IMG/VR virus record: IMGVR_UViG_3300025632_000016
Span: 1-60,144 of that record
Strand: one strand, 5' to 3'
Origin: a virus
Taxonomy: Duplodnaviria > Caudoviricetes
Length of the DNA: 60,144 bases
Shown in pieces: positions 9,945-19,644 of the stretch; position 1 is the stretch's first letter; each line of letters starts with the position of its first letter. The notes under the pieces are model-generated. The model ran no database searches. It had not been told where the DNA came from and worked only from the letters and a program-made list of their open reading frames with translations. Made by a program: the position numbers and the translations under genes.

Positions 9945-12900
9945 TGGATAAAAAATATTACATAGCAGGTGGAAAGAAATACGCTATTCCAAATGAGAAA
10001 TCGGAAGCTTTTATATCTAAATTTCCAGACGCACAAGAGGCAAAGTATTACGACAATGTAGAGGGAAAGAAATATTATATACCATTAGATAAGGTAGAAT
10101 CTTTTGAATCTAAATTTAATATAGCGCAAAGCACCGATGGGGGTGGTGCTATGGGAAAGCCCGAAGGCTCACAAGAGCCATTAGAGCAGTCGGAAGGTAC
10201 TACTACAACATCTTCATCGGAAACGCAATCACCTACTTCAGAACAGAGTGGAGAAGGGATTGATTTAGATTACTTTTTATCGCAAGCACCTAAAGCTACG
10301 GAAACTGATTCTGGTCAAGAACAGCCTAGAGAAACGTATGACCCCGAATACATAGCCGAAGAAGAGGCTAAGTTATCAGAAGAATTTAACCGTGTAAAGC
10401 AATTGGAAAAAGAAGTTGCTAAAAATACGGGGGGATATGAAACTGACATATCTGCTTTAAGGGACTCTGTTGATATGGAAATAAAATCCGTATCTGACAG
10501 TATAAGTTCAGAATTTGATATTATCAACAAGCAAGTTTCGGATTCTGTTTTAGCTGAATTAGATGTAAGAAAAGCCCAATTACAAGAGCAGATAAATTCT
10601 GGGAATATATCGGTAGAAGATGCTAATAAAATACTATCCGAAGAATCTGATAAATATAAAGTAGAGGCTAAAAAAAGTATAGACAGCAAGAAGCCAGAAC
10701 TAGCCGCTGCATTAAACAAGCGGGTAAGTGAAATTAATAATGCGTATCAATCATCATTAAATGAACTTCAAGATAAGCGGAATATATATAATAAGCAAAA
10801 GCAAGAAAAAGAAATAGAAGAAATGTCTCCTTGGGAGAATATAGGTAGGGCTTTTCAAAACGAATGGACTAAGACTAAGATGATTCCAGCCCAATCCATT
10901 CAAGTGGCATCTCAGTTAACACCAGAGGGCAATGAAAAAGAAACTAGAGTTATTATAGATGCTAATGGAATTAGATTAGTGGAGCAAACTCCAGCAGAAG
11001 GTCAAATATATAACAGAAATCAATTAGAGGAATTAAGAAAAGAAATAGAGCCAACAAAGCAAATAATTAAATCTATAAAGGATGGTGATTATTCTGGGGC
11101 TGCATCAGCAGTAGTTGGTAGTACTGTTAATTTCGCTGGCTCAATGGTCAGGGCATTAGCTAGTAGAGGGGCATCTATGGGCGCAGAAATGGGAGAGCCT
11201 ATGTGGGAGAGCGCTGTAAAGGCTGAGGCTGAGAAAACGGGTAAGACACCAGAGGAGGTGATAACAGAAGATTTAGAAGATGAACTTACAGCAATGAGTT
11301 TAGGTGCTGTTTCTGTTCTATCTGAGCGATTCGGAGTTAAGGCGTTTAAGAACGTAATGCAAAAAAACGTATTCAAAAAAGCTGTTAAGGATGAGATAAA
11401 TAAAAAAGCGCCTAGCCTATTGTCTGCATCTTTAAAAGAAACGGGTACTGAGTTATTTCAAGGTGGGATAGAAAAGGGTAATGAAGAAATTCTAAAAGGC
11501 GATGATGGGCTATATTCTCTTGAGGGTGGTAGTATTTTATATAATGAAATGAAAAACTTCATTGCCTCTGAAGAAGGTGCGGAAACGGCTATATCTACAT
11601 TCTTAGGCTCAATGATGTTATCTGGCGGAAGCAAGGGTGCTATGGCTGTTTATAACAACATAAATAAGAATCCTAAAGACATTACAGCGCCATCTATTGA
11701 TGAGATACTAAAAGACAGAGATAATGCAGCCGCATCATTTAATGAACTTTATGAGTCTGGTAAGCTATCAGAAGATGATTATAACTCATCATTAAATTTA
11801 ATAACAACTGTATCTGAATATGATAGTAAGCTATCGAAGGACAATACAAATAGAGCAGAGTCTATTAAATTAATGATGGAAAGAGACTCTAAGGCAGAGG
11901 AATTATCTCAATTAGATGAAACACAACAAGCTGGCGTAAAAAAAGAAATAGAGGATATTAACTTAGAGCTTGAAAAATTATCCGCTCAAAAAGAGGAAAC
12001 AAATGGAAAAGAAACAACTGAGCAACCCACAGCAGATATGCAAGAGGGTAAACGAGATAGTGAAGAAGTACAGCAAGAAGTAGAATCTCAAAAAGCTGAT
12101 ATAGGAAGAAGAAGACAAGAAGAGTTAAACTCTCCATTACAAAGCACAAGTTCACAAAAAGATGGTGCTAAAGGAAAAACTGTTGCTTCTCAATATGAAG
12201 ATGAATTTATATCAGTAGTAGCGTTTGAAGATGCTAATGGAACACCTTCAACAGTTATATCTATAAATCAAGGGGATAAAGACTCAACAAAAAAGGTAGT
12301 AGAACGAAAAACATTTGAAACATTAGACGAGGCTAAAGAATATGGTAACAACTATATAAAGCAAAGAAGCAGGATTTATGATAACCATATAGAAAAAACC
12401 AACGCTAGATATGATGCTGAATTAGCTGAGTTAAAATCTAATCAAGCGAGTGAAGAAGTACAGCAAGAAGACAGCGAAGCTAAGACTGAGAAAGCTCCTG
12501 CTGCTGAAACCGCTATACCTGAAGGTAAGAAAAAAGCTGAGGCTTATACCACTGAAGAGGTTGTTGAGATTGGAGACGACAGAATAGAGGAGTTCGTTGC
12601 TTCACAGGCTGAGGCTAAGGCTCAAAGGAGTGATGATGCACTTCAGGATACACCACTAACCGTAGAGGGTGTTAGGAAAATAAAGGCTGACGGAGGTAAG
12701 CTGTTCATGACTTCTGATGGAAAATCAGGGGGGTATGTTACCAAAGACGGATACATGGGTGGTCTATTCAAGCAGCCAAAATCTGGAAGAAGAGGTGCAG
12801 CAAAAGTATTGCAGGAAGCAAGAATAAAAGCAGGAGGTAAGTTCTTCGAAGCCTTTGGTATAAACCAAGAAACTGGAGAAGGAACTACGTTGGAGCAGAT

Positions 12901-15900
12901 ATATATTGAAAATGGTTTCAGACCTGTTGCTCGTATGACATTCAACCCAGAGATAGCTCCAGAAGGATGGGATGGAACTAACCTAAAAAGTAGACCAGAC
13001 AACGTGTTCTTTGTATACGACCCTAACGGTCAGTACGAGGCAGGAGATGGTGCTAGAATAGAAGACTACAATCAAGCATACGAATTAGCTAAAAATCAAG
13101 CAAATGAAACAAAAACAAAACCAAGTGCAGGGAACAGACTCTTCAATGAGCCCCTCAAGGCAGTTAAGGAAATTGCTGATAGATATTACGAAAGAGTTTT
13201 CGGTAAACCGAGGAAAGAGTTCCAAGGAACAAGAGAGCTCGATGTAGAGAGAGCTAAGAGACTCAGTGATGCCTTTGAAGCGATGAAGAACGACCCTAAC
13301 AACCCTGAGGTTAGAAAGGCTTACGAAGCATTAGCTAAAGAGACTATTGAGCAGTATAAAGACTTTGTTGATGCAGGATACGTTGTTGAGATAAACAACG
13401 AAGAGCCTTATGCTAACGCTCAAGAAATGATTGATGACCTTAGAAAAAATAAGAAAATCAAGATATTCTCAACAGAAAGTGGTTTTGGAGATAATGCCAT
13501 AACTGAGGAGCAGAGAGCAGAGAACCCATTATTAGCAAGAACTCAGTTCGTAGATGTTAATGGAGTGCCAATGCTTGTGAATGACTTATTCAGAGCTATA
13601 CATGACTTTTACGGTCACGCAGAGTTAGGTAACGGGTTTGGAGCTATTGGGGAGGAAAATGCTTGGAATTTACACGCAAGAATGTTTTCTCCACTAGCAA
13701 GAAGAGCCATGACTACTGAGACTAGGGGGCAGAACTCATGGGTAAACTTCTCTGGTGCTAACGACAAGATAAAAGCTCTAAGGCAAGAAGCTAGAAGGTT
13801 AAGAGAGGAAGGAGCTCCGAAAGAGCAGGTTCAAAAGATAGTTGATGAAATCTACGAGATAGGTTCTTTTGCTGACCAGAAGATAGGCTTACTTCCAGAA
13901 GAGTTTTCTGATATATCAGAGTCACTTGAAAAGCAAGATGCGTTAAAGAAGAAGCCGAGAGTGAGAATAAGGACAGCAAAAATTAAATTAAAGCCAGAGC
14001 AAAAAATAAATTACAAAGTAGGTGATGATATTTTAAGTGGTAAGGTTGTCGAGGATTTGGGTAACGAGGTGAGTGTTGAGACTCCTAGCGGAGATACAGT
14101 AGTGATTGATAAAAAAGACTTATCTAATCCACCTAAGCCTAAAAGAAAAAGAATAAGAACTGTACAGGATGAGACTGAAGGGCTTACTCAAAAAGAACAA
14201 ACAAAACAAGCCGTAGAAGAGTTATCAGATGCTTTTATTAGAGAGAAAAAGGCTGCTGTAAAAAAGATAAGAACATCTCTTCAAGAGAAAGCTAAACGTA
14301 TATTCGAGCTAAATAAAAAGAAAAAAGACAATAGAAAGTTATTAAAAGACTTTTCTAGGGATTTACTTGATAAAATGAATAAGTCTGGTATAAAGTCTGC
14401 TAGAATAAAGGAAGTTAAAACTATAATTAATCAAATAGGAAAGGACGTTTCTAGTGATAAACAACTTCAAGAGTCAGTAGGAAGAATAATAAACGCCATA
14501 CAAGACCTAAATGACTTAAAGAAAATAGAGGATTATAATAAAAAACTGTCCGATGCTAATAGTAAATCAAAGAGCATTAAAAGGAAATCTAAGTCAAAGA
14601 CTCAAATAGCTACGTTAAAAAATATAGCTAAACGATTTTCTTTGATAAACCCAAAGGATGTATCTAATATAGATGAATATCTAGAGTTTGCGGGAGAATT
14701 GAATAATGCGCTGTCAGCGCCAATAGTGAAGATGGATGGAGTTGAAACTAAGTCTCCAATAAATAAAGATAAAATTAACAACTACATAGAAGAGGCGCTT
14801 TCTGAAAATGAATCTTCAAGTAAAGCGAAACTGTTAGATAACTTCTCTGATTACGCTGATATGGGCGCTATTGACGGGTCAATGACATCTAAGGAGATAA
14901 AAGAAGTTATTGACGCTATAGAGGGCGGTAAGGATGTCCCTAGTAAAAACATAGAGGCATTTAGGCAGGTTGCTAGTAGATATTTATCCGCACAACAAAA
15001 GGCTCTTAAAGAGGTAATAAAGGAAGCCCCTCAAAACGTAAAGTCAAGATTAAGGGATTTATCTAACGCTAGGCTAGACTTATTAGACTACAAGGATATG
15101 GTTATGGCTATTAGAACTATTAACAACGCTATAGAAAATCTTGATATAGATAATGTTGATTTAATAACAGCAAGAGCTACGGCTAAAGAGAACGCTATAT
15201 CATTCGCAAAAGGAAGACCTAAAATAAGTGAGATTTCTTTTGGTAAAAGCCTAATGATTGGAGATACACTAAAGAGTTTTTCAAAAACATTAGCTAGACT
15301 ATATTTAAAAGGAGTAGGCTCTACAACATTAATAGCTGAAGGTATATTTGGATTTGAGGGTTTGGTTAAATTTATAGATAAATCTAGGTTTTTTGATGTA
15401 CTAAAAGGATATAAGGATTCTCAAAAATACTCCAAAAAAATATTTGATAAATACAATAATAAATTTAAAAATGTAAAAGATTTCTTTAGTAAGGATAATG
15501 TTTACGAAAGAGGAATAGTAGCATATCTAGGAAGGTTTAAGGATGATTCTGTAGCTGAATTTGAAAGAAGGAAAAAGCTATTAACAGAAACATTGTCAGA
15601 CCTAGAGAAGAGTGACTTCGAGAAGTATGAATCGTACCTAAGTGTTTACAATAAAGTAGTTAGAGATTCTAAGAATTTTGATGAAGTAAAGAGTAAGGCG
15701 GAAAAAAATAACGTTGATGCTGTTAATTTTTGGGTAGATGAGTTCTCTAAGCATTTCGATAGTATGAGTGATGTATCTATGGCTGTGTATAACACAATGC
15801 TAGATAAGGAGAATAATTATCTTCCAGACACCTATAAAAGAATAAAAGGTGTTGAGTCAAAAAATAAAGACCCAAAGCAAGTAGGCTCATCGTTTCTAGG

Positions 15901-17497
15901 TTCTTTTGATAATATAGATAAGTCGAAAAGCGGAAGGTTTAACGAGGTAGTGTCTCCAAAGACATTGGCTAAAAGAAGGTATGTAGATTTATCTTTTGAG
16001 GAAAATATGGTTAAATCTTTAGAGTCGATATTAACGGATATTAATACAGCAAAAGACATCCAATATTTATCAGAGTTTATAGATAGCGATGCTATTAGAG
16101 ACTTATTTAAGTCAACCGATGATTACAAATTTTTAAGAGGTAGAGTAATAAGCCTTATTGATAATATAAAACAAAACTCTATCCCAATGGATGAGGATTC
16201 AATGCAAGCATCAAAGTTAGTGAATAGAATAGGTAAAACATCTACAGGATTAGCTCTAGTAGGACTAGGTCAACCAATAAAGCAATTCGTACCAGTAATG
16301 CTTAACACGGTAATTAATCTAGTAGGAAAAGGGTTTACATTGCCAGACTTTAAGGTAAGAGAGGGTCAGAAGAAAATACTAGGAGAGTCTATAACATCAT
16401 TTAGAGGGCTAGAATCAACAGCAAACATTGATAATCAAGTAAACAAGTATTTAGACGGAAGACCAAATCTTTTAAATAAAGCCCTAGATAAGTCACTAAA
16501 AATGGCTATAGAAAATCCTGATAAAGCAGCGGCAGGAATATCTTGGGTGTCATACTACACGAAGAGATTGAAGTCGCAAGGCAAAGAAGTTCAGTTTGAT
16601 AAATTAGATAGGGAAGCTTCAATATATGCTGACTTGCAAGTATCTCGTCAACAAAACGTTCCTACTAAGGAATTAATGGGTGAGTTATTCACTAGCAAGC
16701 AACTATCTACAAGAATAGTTAAATCTATATTCTTCCCGTTTTCTGGTTTTGCGTTCAATATAAAAACAAGAATATGGACTGATGTAAAGGCGCTAAAGTC
16801 AAAGAACTCTACTAAGCCAGAGAAGCAAATGGCTGCTAAATCTTTGGTAGGAGCTACTACGGAATTAGTTGCGTATAGGATACTGCAAGGAGCTATAACA
16901 TATATGATAGGGTATATGGTTAATGTAATGCTTTTAGGTGAGGATGAAGAAGAGTTTAAGGAGAAACAAGCTAAAACATTCAAGAGAAGTCTGCTTAATA
17001 ACGGAATAAACGATGTATTGTCACCAGCACCACCATTAGACAAGGCTGTTGCATACACATTTAACAAGAAAATACTTGAGCCTACATACGAAAAAATGAA
17101 TGTAGAAGAGAAAGATAGGATATACGCTTATGATAAAAGCTATGGTAACGACTTAGGATTATTAGGTATCCCCTATGAGAAGGGTCAGAAATTCTATAAG
17201 ATGTTAGATATGGCGGCAGATATAGATGACGTTCCTCTTTTTGACGCAAAGCAATACTTTACCGATAAGGATATAGAAAAGAGAATATCTGAAAACGATA
17301 AAGCCGTAATGCAAGTGGTAGCTCCTATATATGGTTTATATTTAATGGGCTTAATGCCAAGAGAAGTTGGCTCTGCTGCTGAAAAAGCTATGCAGACAAT
17401 AGAAAGGAGAAGTAAAACAGATAAAAGCGGAAGCGAATCATCTAGCTTCTTGAAATTACCAACCCTAAAGACACCTAAAGTGCCTAAACTTAAATAA
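9944..17497 (+). CDS. Giant multidomain (polyvalent) ejection protein with GNAT-like and HDxxGH zincin-like domains
   Basis: 2517 aa; GNAT-like segment (GGLFKQP...LEQIYIENGFRPVARMTFN) at about 12600-13080; NDLFRAIHDFYGH...GEENAW...TETRGQNSWVNF at about 13130-13920; long helical C-terminal region with hydrophobic segments. Confidence 0.7.
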   Translation: MDKKYYIAGGKKYAIPNEKSEAFISKFPDAQEAKYYDNVEGKKYYIPLDKVESFESKFNIAQSTDGGGAMGKPEGSQEPLEQSEGTTTTSSSETQSPTSEQSGEGIDLDYFLSQAPKATETDSGQEQPRETYDPEYIAEEEAKLSEEFNRVKQLEKEVAKNTGGYETDISALRDSVDMEIKSVSDSISSEFDIINKQVSDSVLAELDVRKAQLQEQINSGNISVEDANKILSEESDKYKVEAKKSIDSKKPELAAALNKRVSEINNAYQSSLNELQDKRNIYNKQKQEKEIEEMSPWENIGRAFQNEWTKTKMIPAQSIQVASQLTPEGNEKETRVIIDANGIRLVEQTPAEGQIYNRNQLEELRKEIEPTKQIIKSIKDGDYSGAASAVVGSTVNFAGSMVRALASRGASMGAEMGEPMWESAVKAEAEKTGKTPEEVITEDLEDELTAMSLGAVSVLSERFGVKAFKNVMQKNVFKKAVKDEINKKAPSLLSASLKETGTELFQGGIEKGNEEILKGDDGLYSLEGGSILYNEMKNFIASEEGAETAISTFLGSMMLSGGSKGAMAVYNNINKNPKDITAPSIDEILKDRDNAAASFNELYESGKLSEDDYNSSLNLITTVSEYDSKLSKDNTNRAESIKLMMERDSKAEELSQLDETQQAGVKKEIEDINLELEKLSAQKEETNGKETTEQPTADMQEGKRDSEEVQQEVESQKADIGRRRQEELNSPLQSTSSQKDGAKGKTVASQYEDEFISVVAFEDANGTPSTVISINQGDKDSTKKVVERKTFETLDEAKEYGNNYIKQRSRIYDNHIEKTNARYDAELAELKSNQASEEVQQEDSEAKTEKAPAAETAIPEGKKKAEAYTTEEVVEIGDDRIEEFVASQAEAKAQRSDDALQDTPLTVEGVRKIKADGGKLFMTSDGKSGGYVTKDGYMGGLFKQPKSGRRGAAKVLQEARIKAGGKFFEAFGINQETGEGTTLEQIYIENGFRPVARMTFNPEIAPEGWDGTNLKSRPDNVFFVYDPNGQYEAGDGARIEDYNQAYELAKNQANETKTKPSAGNRLFNEPLKAVKEIADRYYERVFGKPRKEFQGTRELDVERAKRLSDAFEAMKNDPNNPEVRKAYEALAKETIEQYKDFVDAGYVVEINNEEPYANAQEMIDDLRKNKKIKIFSTESGFGDNAITEEQRAENPLLARTQFVDVNGVPMLVNDLFRAIHDFYGHAELGNGFGAIGEENAWNLHARMFSPLARRAMTTETRGQNSWVNFSGANDKIKALRQEARRLREEGAPKEQVQKIVDEIYEIGSFADQKIGLLPEEFSDISESLEKQDALKKKPRVRIRTAKIKLKPEQKINYKVGDDILSGKVVEDLGNEVSVETPSGDTVVIDKKDLSNPPKPKRKRIRTVQDETEGLTQKEQTKQAVEELSDAFIREKKAAVKKIRTSLQEKAKRIFELNKKKKDNRKLLKDFSRDLLDKMNKSGIKSARIKEVKTIINQIGKDVSSDKQLQESVGRIINAIQDLNDLKKIEDYNKKLSDANSKSKSIKRKSKSKTQIATLKNIAKRFSLINPKDVSNIDEYLEFAGELNNALSAPIVKMDGVETKSPINKDKINNYIEEALSENESSSKAKLLDNFSDYADMGAIDGSMTSKEIKEVIDAIEGGKDVPSKNIEAFRQVASRYLSAQQKALKEVIKEAPQNVKSRLRDLSNARLDLLDYKDMVMAIRTINNAIENLDIDNVDLITARATAKENAISFAKGRPKISEISFGKSLMIGDTLKSFSKTLARLYLKGVGSTTLIAEGIFGFEGLVKFIDKSRFFDVLKGYKDSQKYSKKIFDKYNNKFKNVKDFFSKDNVYERGIVAYLGRFKDDSVAEFERRKKLLTETLSDLEKSDFEKYESYLSVYNKVVRDSKNFDEVKSKAEKNNVDAVNFWVDEFSKHFDSMSDVSMAVYNTMLDKENNYLPDTYKRIKGVESKNKDPKQVGSSFLGSFDNIDKSKSGRFNEVVSPKTLAKRRYVDLSFEENMVKSLESILTDINTAKDIQYLSEFIDSDAIRDLFKSTDDYKFLRGRVISLIDNIKQNSIPMDEDSMQASKLVNRIGKTSTGLALVGLGQPIKQFVPVMLNTVINLVGKGFTLPDFKVREGQKKILGESITSFRGLESTANIDNQVNKYLDGRPNLLNKALDKSLKMAIENPDKAAAGISWVSYYTKRLKSQGKEVQFDKLDREASIYADLQVSRQQNVPTKELMGELFTSKQLSTRIVKSIFFPFSGFAFNIKTRIWTDVKALKSKNSTKPEKQMAAKSLVGATTELVAYRILQGAITYMIGYMVNVMLLGEDEEEFKEKQAKTFKRSLLNNGINDVLSPAPPLDKAVAYTFNKKILEPTYEKMNVEEKDRIYAYDKSYGNDLGLLGIPYEKGQKFYKMLDMAADIDDVPLFDAKQYFTDKDIEKRISENDKAVMQVVAPIYGLYLMGLMPREVGSAAEKAMQTIERRSKTDKSGSESSSFLKLPTLKTPKVPKLK
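10153..10179 (+). other. Candidate programmed -1 ribosomal frameshift signal
   Basis: In-frame G GGA AAG heptamer (10153-10159), 6-nt spacer, hairpin GGCTC-acaa-GAGCC (10166-10179). Confidence 0.55.
12059..12470 (+). repeat. 22-bp direct repeats bounding a 390-bp in-frame module
   Basis: agtgaagaagtacagcaagaag at 12059-12080 and 12449-12470; offset 390 bp = 130 codons. Confidence 0.85.
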
Positions 17498-17517
17498 TCA
17501 AGTAATTTTAAATTTAG

Positions 17518-17525
17518 TATCTTTG
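17518..17525 (+). promoter_or_regulatory. Bacteroidota -7 promoter element TAnnTTTG (representative + strand copy)
   Basis: TATCTTTG here; further intergenic copies at 6909, 22541, 40815, 44811, 44915, 45325, 46733, 47500, 48196, 48532, 48604, 52143, 54729, 57449 and 58671. Confidence 0.8.
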
Positions 17526-17547
17526 TATTTAACAAAAAATAACCAAT

Positions 17548-18018
17548 ATGGCAACATTTAACGTAACAACCGACACATTTATTCCAGCCGATGCTGCTGC
17601 AACTGGAACTGTTGATACATTCGGGGCTTCATTTATAACAAGCACAGCCGACCAAGTAAAGGTAGGTGACTTCATAACAGACTCAACTCAAAAGGAATCA
17701 AGACGAGTGGAATGGGTTGAAAGAGATGGTGTTAGCGGATTACTTAATTCTGCATTTACATCTGACCTATCTACAACAGCATTAAAAGTAATCGACAAAG
17801 AAGATTGTAAGATTATATCAATAGGAATTGCGGCTGACCAAGGGGTAGATACAGAAGTAGATGGAGTTACAATTACCTCCACCACATCAGATAACAGTAG
17901 ATTTCTAGCAGACAGACAAGGTAGCTTAGGATATAACTTCGTAAAGCCTATATATGTAGAAGGCTCTACAACGGGTGCTTGTACAGTAACAGTTACTAAC
18001 TACGGAAACCAAAAATAA
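17548..18018 (+). CDS. Hypothetical virion protein
   Basis: T/D/V-rich beta-type sequence with its own promoter in the late region. Confidence 0.45.
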   Translation: MATFNVTTDTFIPADAAATGTVDTFGASFITSTADQVKVGDFITDSTQKESRRVEWVERDGVSGLLNSAFTSDLSTTALKVIDKEDCKIISIGIAADQGVDTEVDGVTITSTTSDNSRFLADRQGSLGYNFVKPIYVEGSTTGACTVTVTNYGNQK

Positions 18019-18021
18019 GTA

Positions 18022-18630
18022 GTGAGTATTGCACTTGACATAGTAGCCAAGATATTAGTTAAGTATTGGCATTTTATAGTAATCGGGCTATTATTTGCGC
18101 TATTATTACTTACTTGCAATAAGAATACGGACTTACGAAATAAGAATCAGAAGTCGCAAGGAGAGTTGCAGTCAATGGCTTTAGATATTTCCCGTTCAAC
18201 CCAAGAGGCTACAATAAGCAAGAAGGGCTTTAGAGAAATATTAAAAGAAAAGAAAGAACTCCAATGGGTATTAGACTCTTTAAAAAAGAATCCTAAGACA
18301 ATAACGGAAATTCAATACATAAGAACAGAGAAATATAGTAGGGATACCGTAAAGATAATTACAAGCGATTTTGAGGGCTTAATGATAAACAGAGCATCTT
18401 ATAACACTTGCGGCTTAGAAGTGGATTTTATGTGGTTTAATATGGACACCATAGGAGATTTCAGCGTAAAAGACAAGACAGAACTTGCGATAGTGACTAC
18501 AGATGAAAGAAAGAGATTATTCAATTGGAATTGGACTCCACGTTGGGGTAAAAGACAATACGAAATTACAGTGTTAACTAGCTGTGGTGATTCAATAATA
18601 ACTAACTATAAAATAACCAAAGAGAAATGA
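18022..18630 (+). CDS. Membrane-anchored coiled-coil protein, putative spanin
   Basis: N-terminal TM segment ending LLLTC, coiled coil, adjacent to holin-like genes. Confidence 0.5.
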   Translation: MSIALDIVAKILVKYWHFIVIGLLFALLLLTCNKNTDLRNKNQKSQGELQSMALDISRSTQEATISKKGFREILKEKKELQWVLDSLKKNPKTITEIQYIRTEKYSRDTVKIITSDFEGLMINRASYNTCGLEVDFMWFNMDTIGDFSVKDKTELAIVTTDERKRLFNWNWTPRWGKRQYEITVLTSCGDSIITNYKITKEK

Positions 18631-18842
18631 ACGGACAAGTAGGGTTTTTTGAAGAGAGCGATGGAGTTAAATCCATTACAAGATTAAAGACATTTATAGC
18701 TGCAATGGCTGGTATATTAATATCTATTTGCTCTGTATTTGTAAGCAATATAACAATAGGCGATGCCTTACCAATGGTAGTTACTCTACTTGCTTATTCA
18801 GCGGGAACTAAAGTATTTCAAAAATTCGCAGAAAAGAAGTAA
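18627..18842 (+). CDS. Putative holin (2 TM)
   Basis: 71 aa, two hydrophobic helices, basic C-terminus KVFQKFAEKK. Confidence 0.6.
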   Translation: MNGQVGFFEESDGVKSITRLKTFIAAMAGILISICSVFVSNITIGDALPMVVTLLAYSAGTKVFQKFAEKK

Positions 18843-18848
18843 TAAGTA

Positions 18849-19199
18849 ATGGAGGAGCTATTAAATCACATAGACTTTCTTATAGCACTTGTGGCTATAG
18901 TTGCGGGGTATGCAGATGTAAGGACAACCGTAAAAAGTTCTGTTGGTAGATTGGACAAGTTTGAAGAAACAGTGCTAAGAATATTAGAACGCTTAGAAGC
19001 TAACGATAAGGAAGATGCTGTGAGAGAACAAAAGATAATAGAACTTACAGCACATAAAGAGGCGAGTAATCAAAGTAAAGATGCGGCTATGGAGAAGCTT
19101 AATAAGATAGACGCAATGGTTGAAATGTTAATCAAAAGAGATGATGAACGCCATAAAGAATATTCAAGGAGACTTGAAATAATAGAATCAAAAATATAA
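18849..19199 (+). CDS. TM plus coiled-coil protein (lysis-associated, putative)
   Basis: N-terminal TM segment (FLIALVAIVAGY) followed by heptad-rich helix. Confidence 0.45.
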   Translation: MEELLNHIDFLIALVAIVAGYADVRTTVKSSVGRLDKFEETVLRILERLEANDKEDAVREQKIIELTAHKEASNQSKDAAMEKLNKIDAMVEMLIKRDDERHKEYSRRLEIIESKI

Positions 19200-19200
19200 A

Positions 19201-19236
19201 AACAAACAAGTAAATAACAAACAAGTAAATAACAAA
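19201..19236 (+). repeat. 15-bp tandem repeat in 5' UTR
   Basis: aacaaacaagtaaat twice plus aacaaa immediately before the ATG at 19239. Confidence 0.8.
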
Positions 19237-19238
19237 TT

Positions 19239-19643
19239 ATGCCATTTTCACAATATTTAGCAGACGAATTAATTGATTGGGTAAAGGGAACTGATATGCC
19301 CACAGCGCCAACAACAGTGTACATCGCCTTATTCAATGGCGACCCATCGGGAGCGGGTACAGAAATAACAAACACAATAAAAGGTTCAACAACTAGAGAT
19401 GCAATTGCTTTGGGTGGTGTTACTACTAGCGGTAACTTCCGTCAAGCAGACAACACAGCAGAGATAACTATAACGCCAAGTGCATCAGCAGGAGCAACAG
19501 CAGATTATGCTGCTATATATGACGATGCAACGGGTGGAAACCTTTTATCATACGATACATTAACAGCATCTAAAACAATCACAACGGGAGATGGGGTTAA
19601 GTTTGAAGCAAACGCAGCAGTTTATAAGGTGAAAATAGCGTAG
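19239..19643 (+). CDS. Small tail/fibre-associated structural protein
   Basis: TVYIALFNGDP...AIYDDATGGNLL...LTASKTITTGD pattern widespread in phage tail genes. Confidence 0.7.
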   Translation: MPFSQYLADELIDWVKGTDMPTAPTTVYIALFNGDPSGAGTEITNTIKGSTTRDAIALGGVTTSGNFRQADNTAEITITPSASAGATADYAAIYDDATGGNLLSYDTLTASKTITTGDGVKFEANAAVYKVKIA

Positions 19644-19644
19644 T

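Noticed and set aside
9944-17497. crAss-type virion RNA polymerase
   Set aside because: No DFDGD/DxDxD catalytic motif in a plausible context was seen; domain content fits a polyvalent ejection protein.
691-17885. Numerous antisense ORFs in the track (e.g. 10315-10719, 12643-13002, 16648-17067)
   Set aside because: They are shadows of long sense-strand genes, with S/L/F-rich composition and no promoter or start context.
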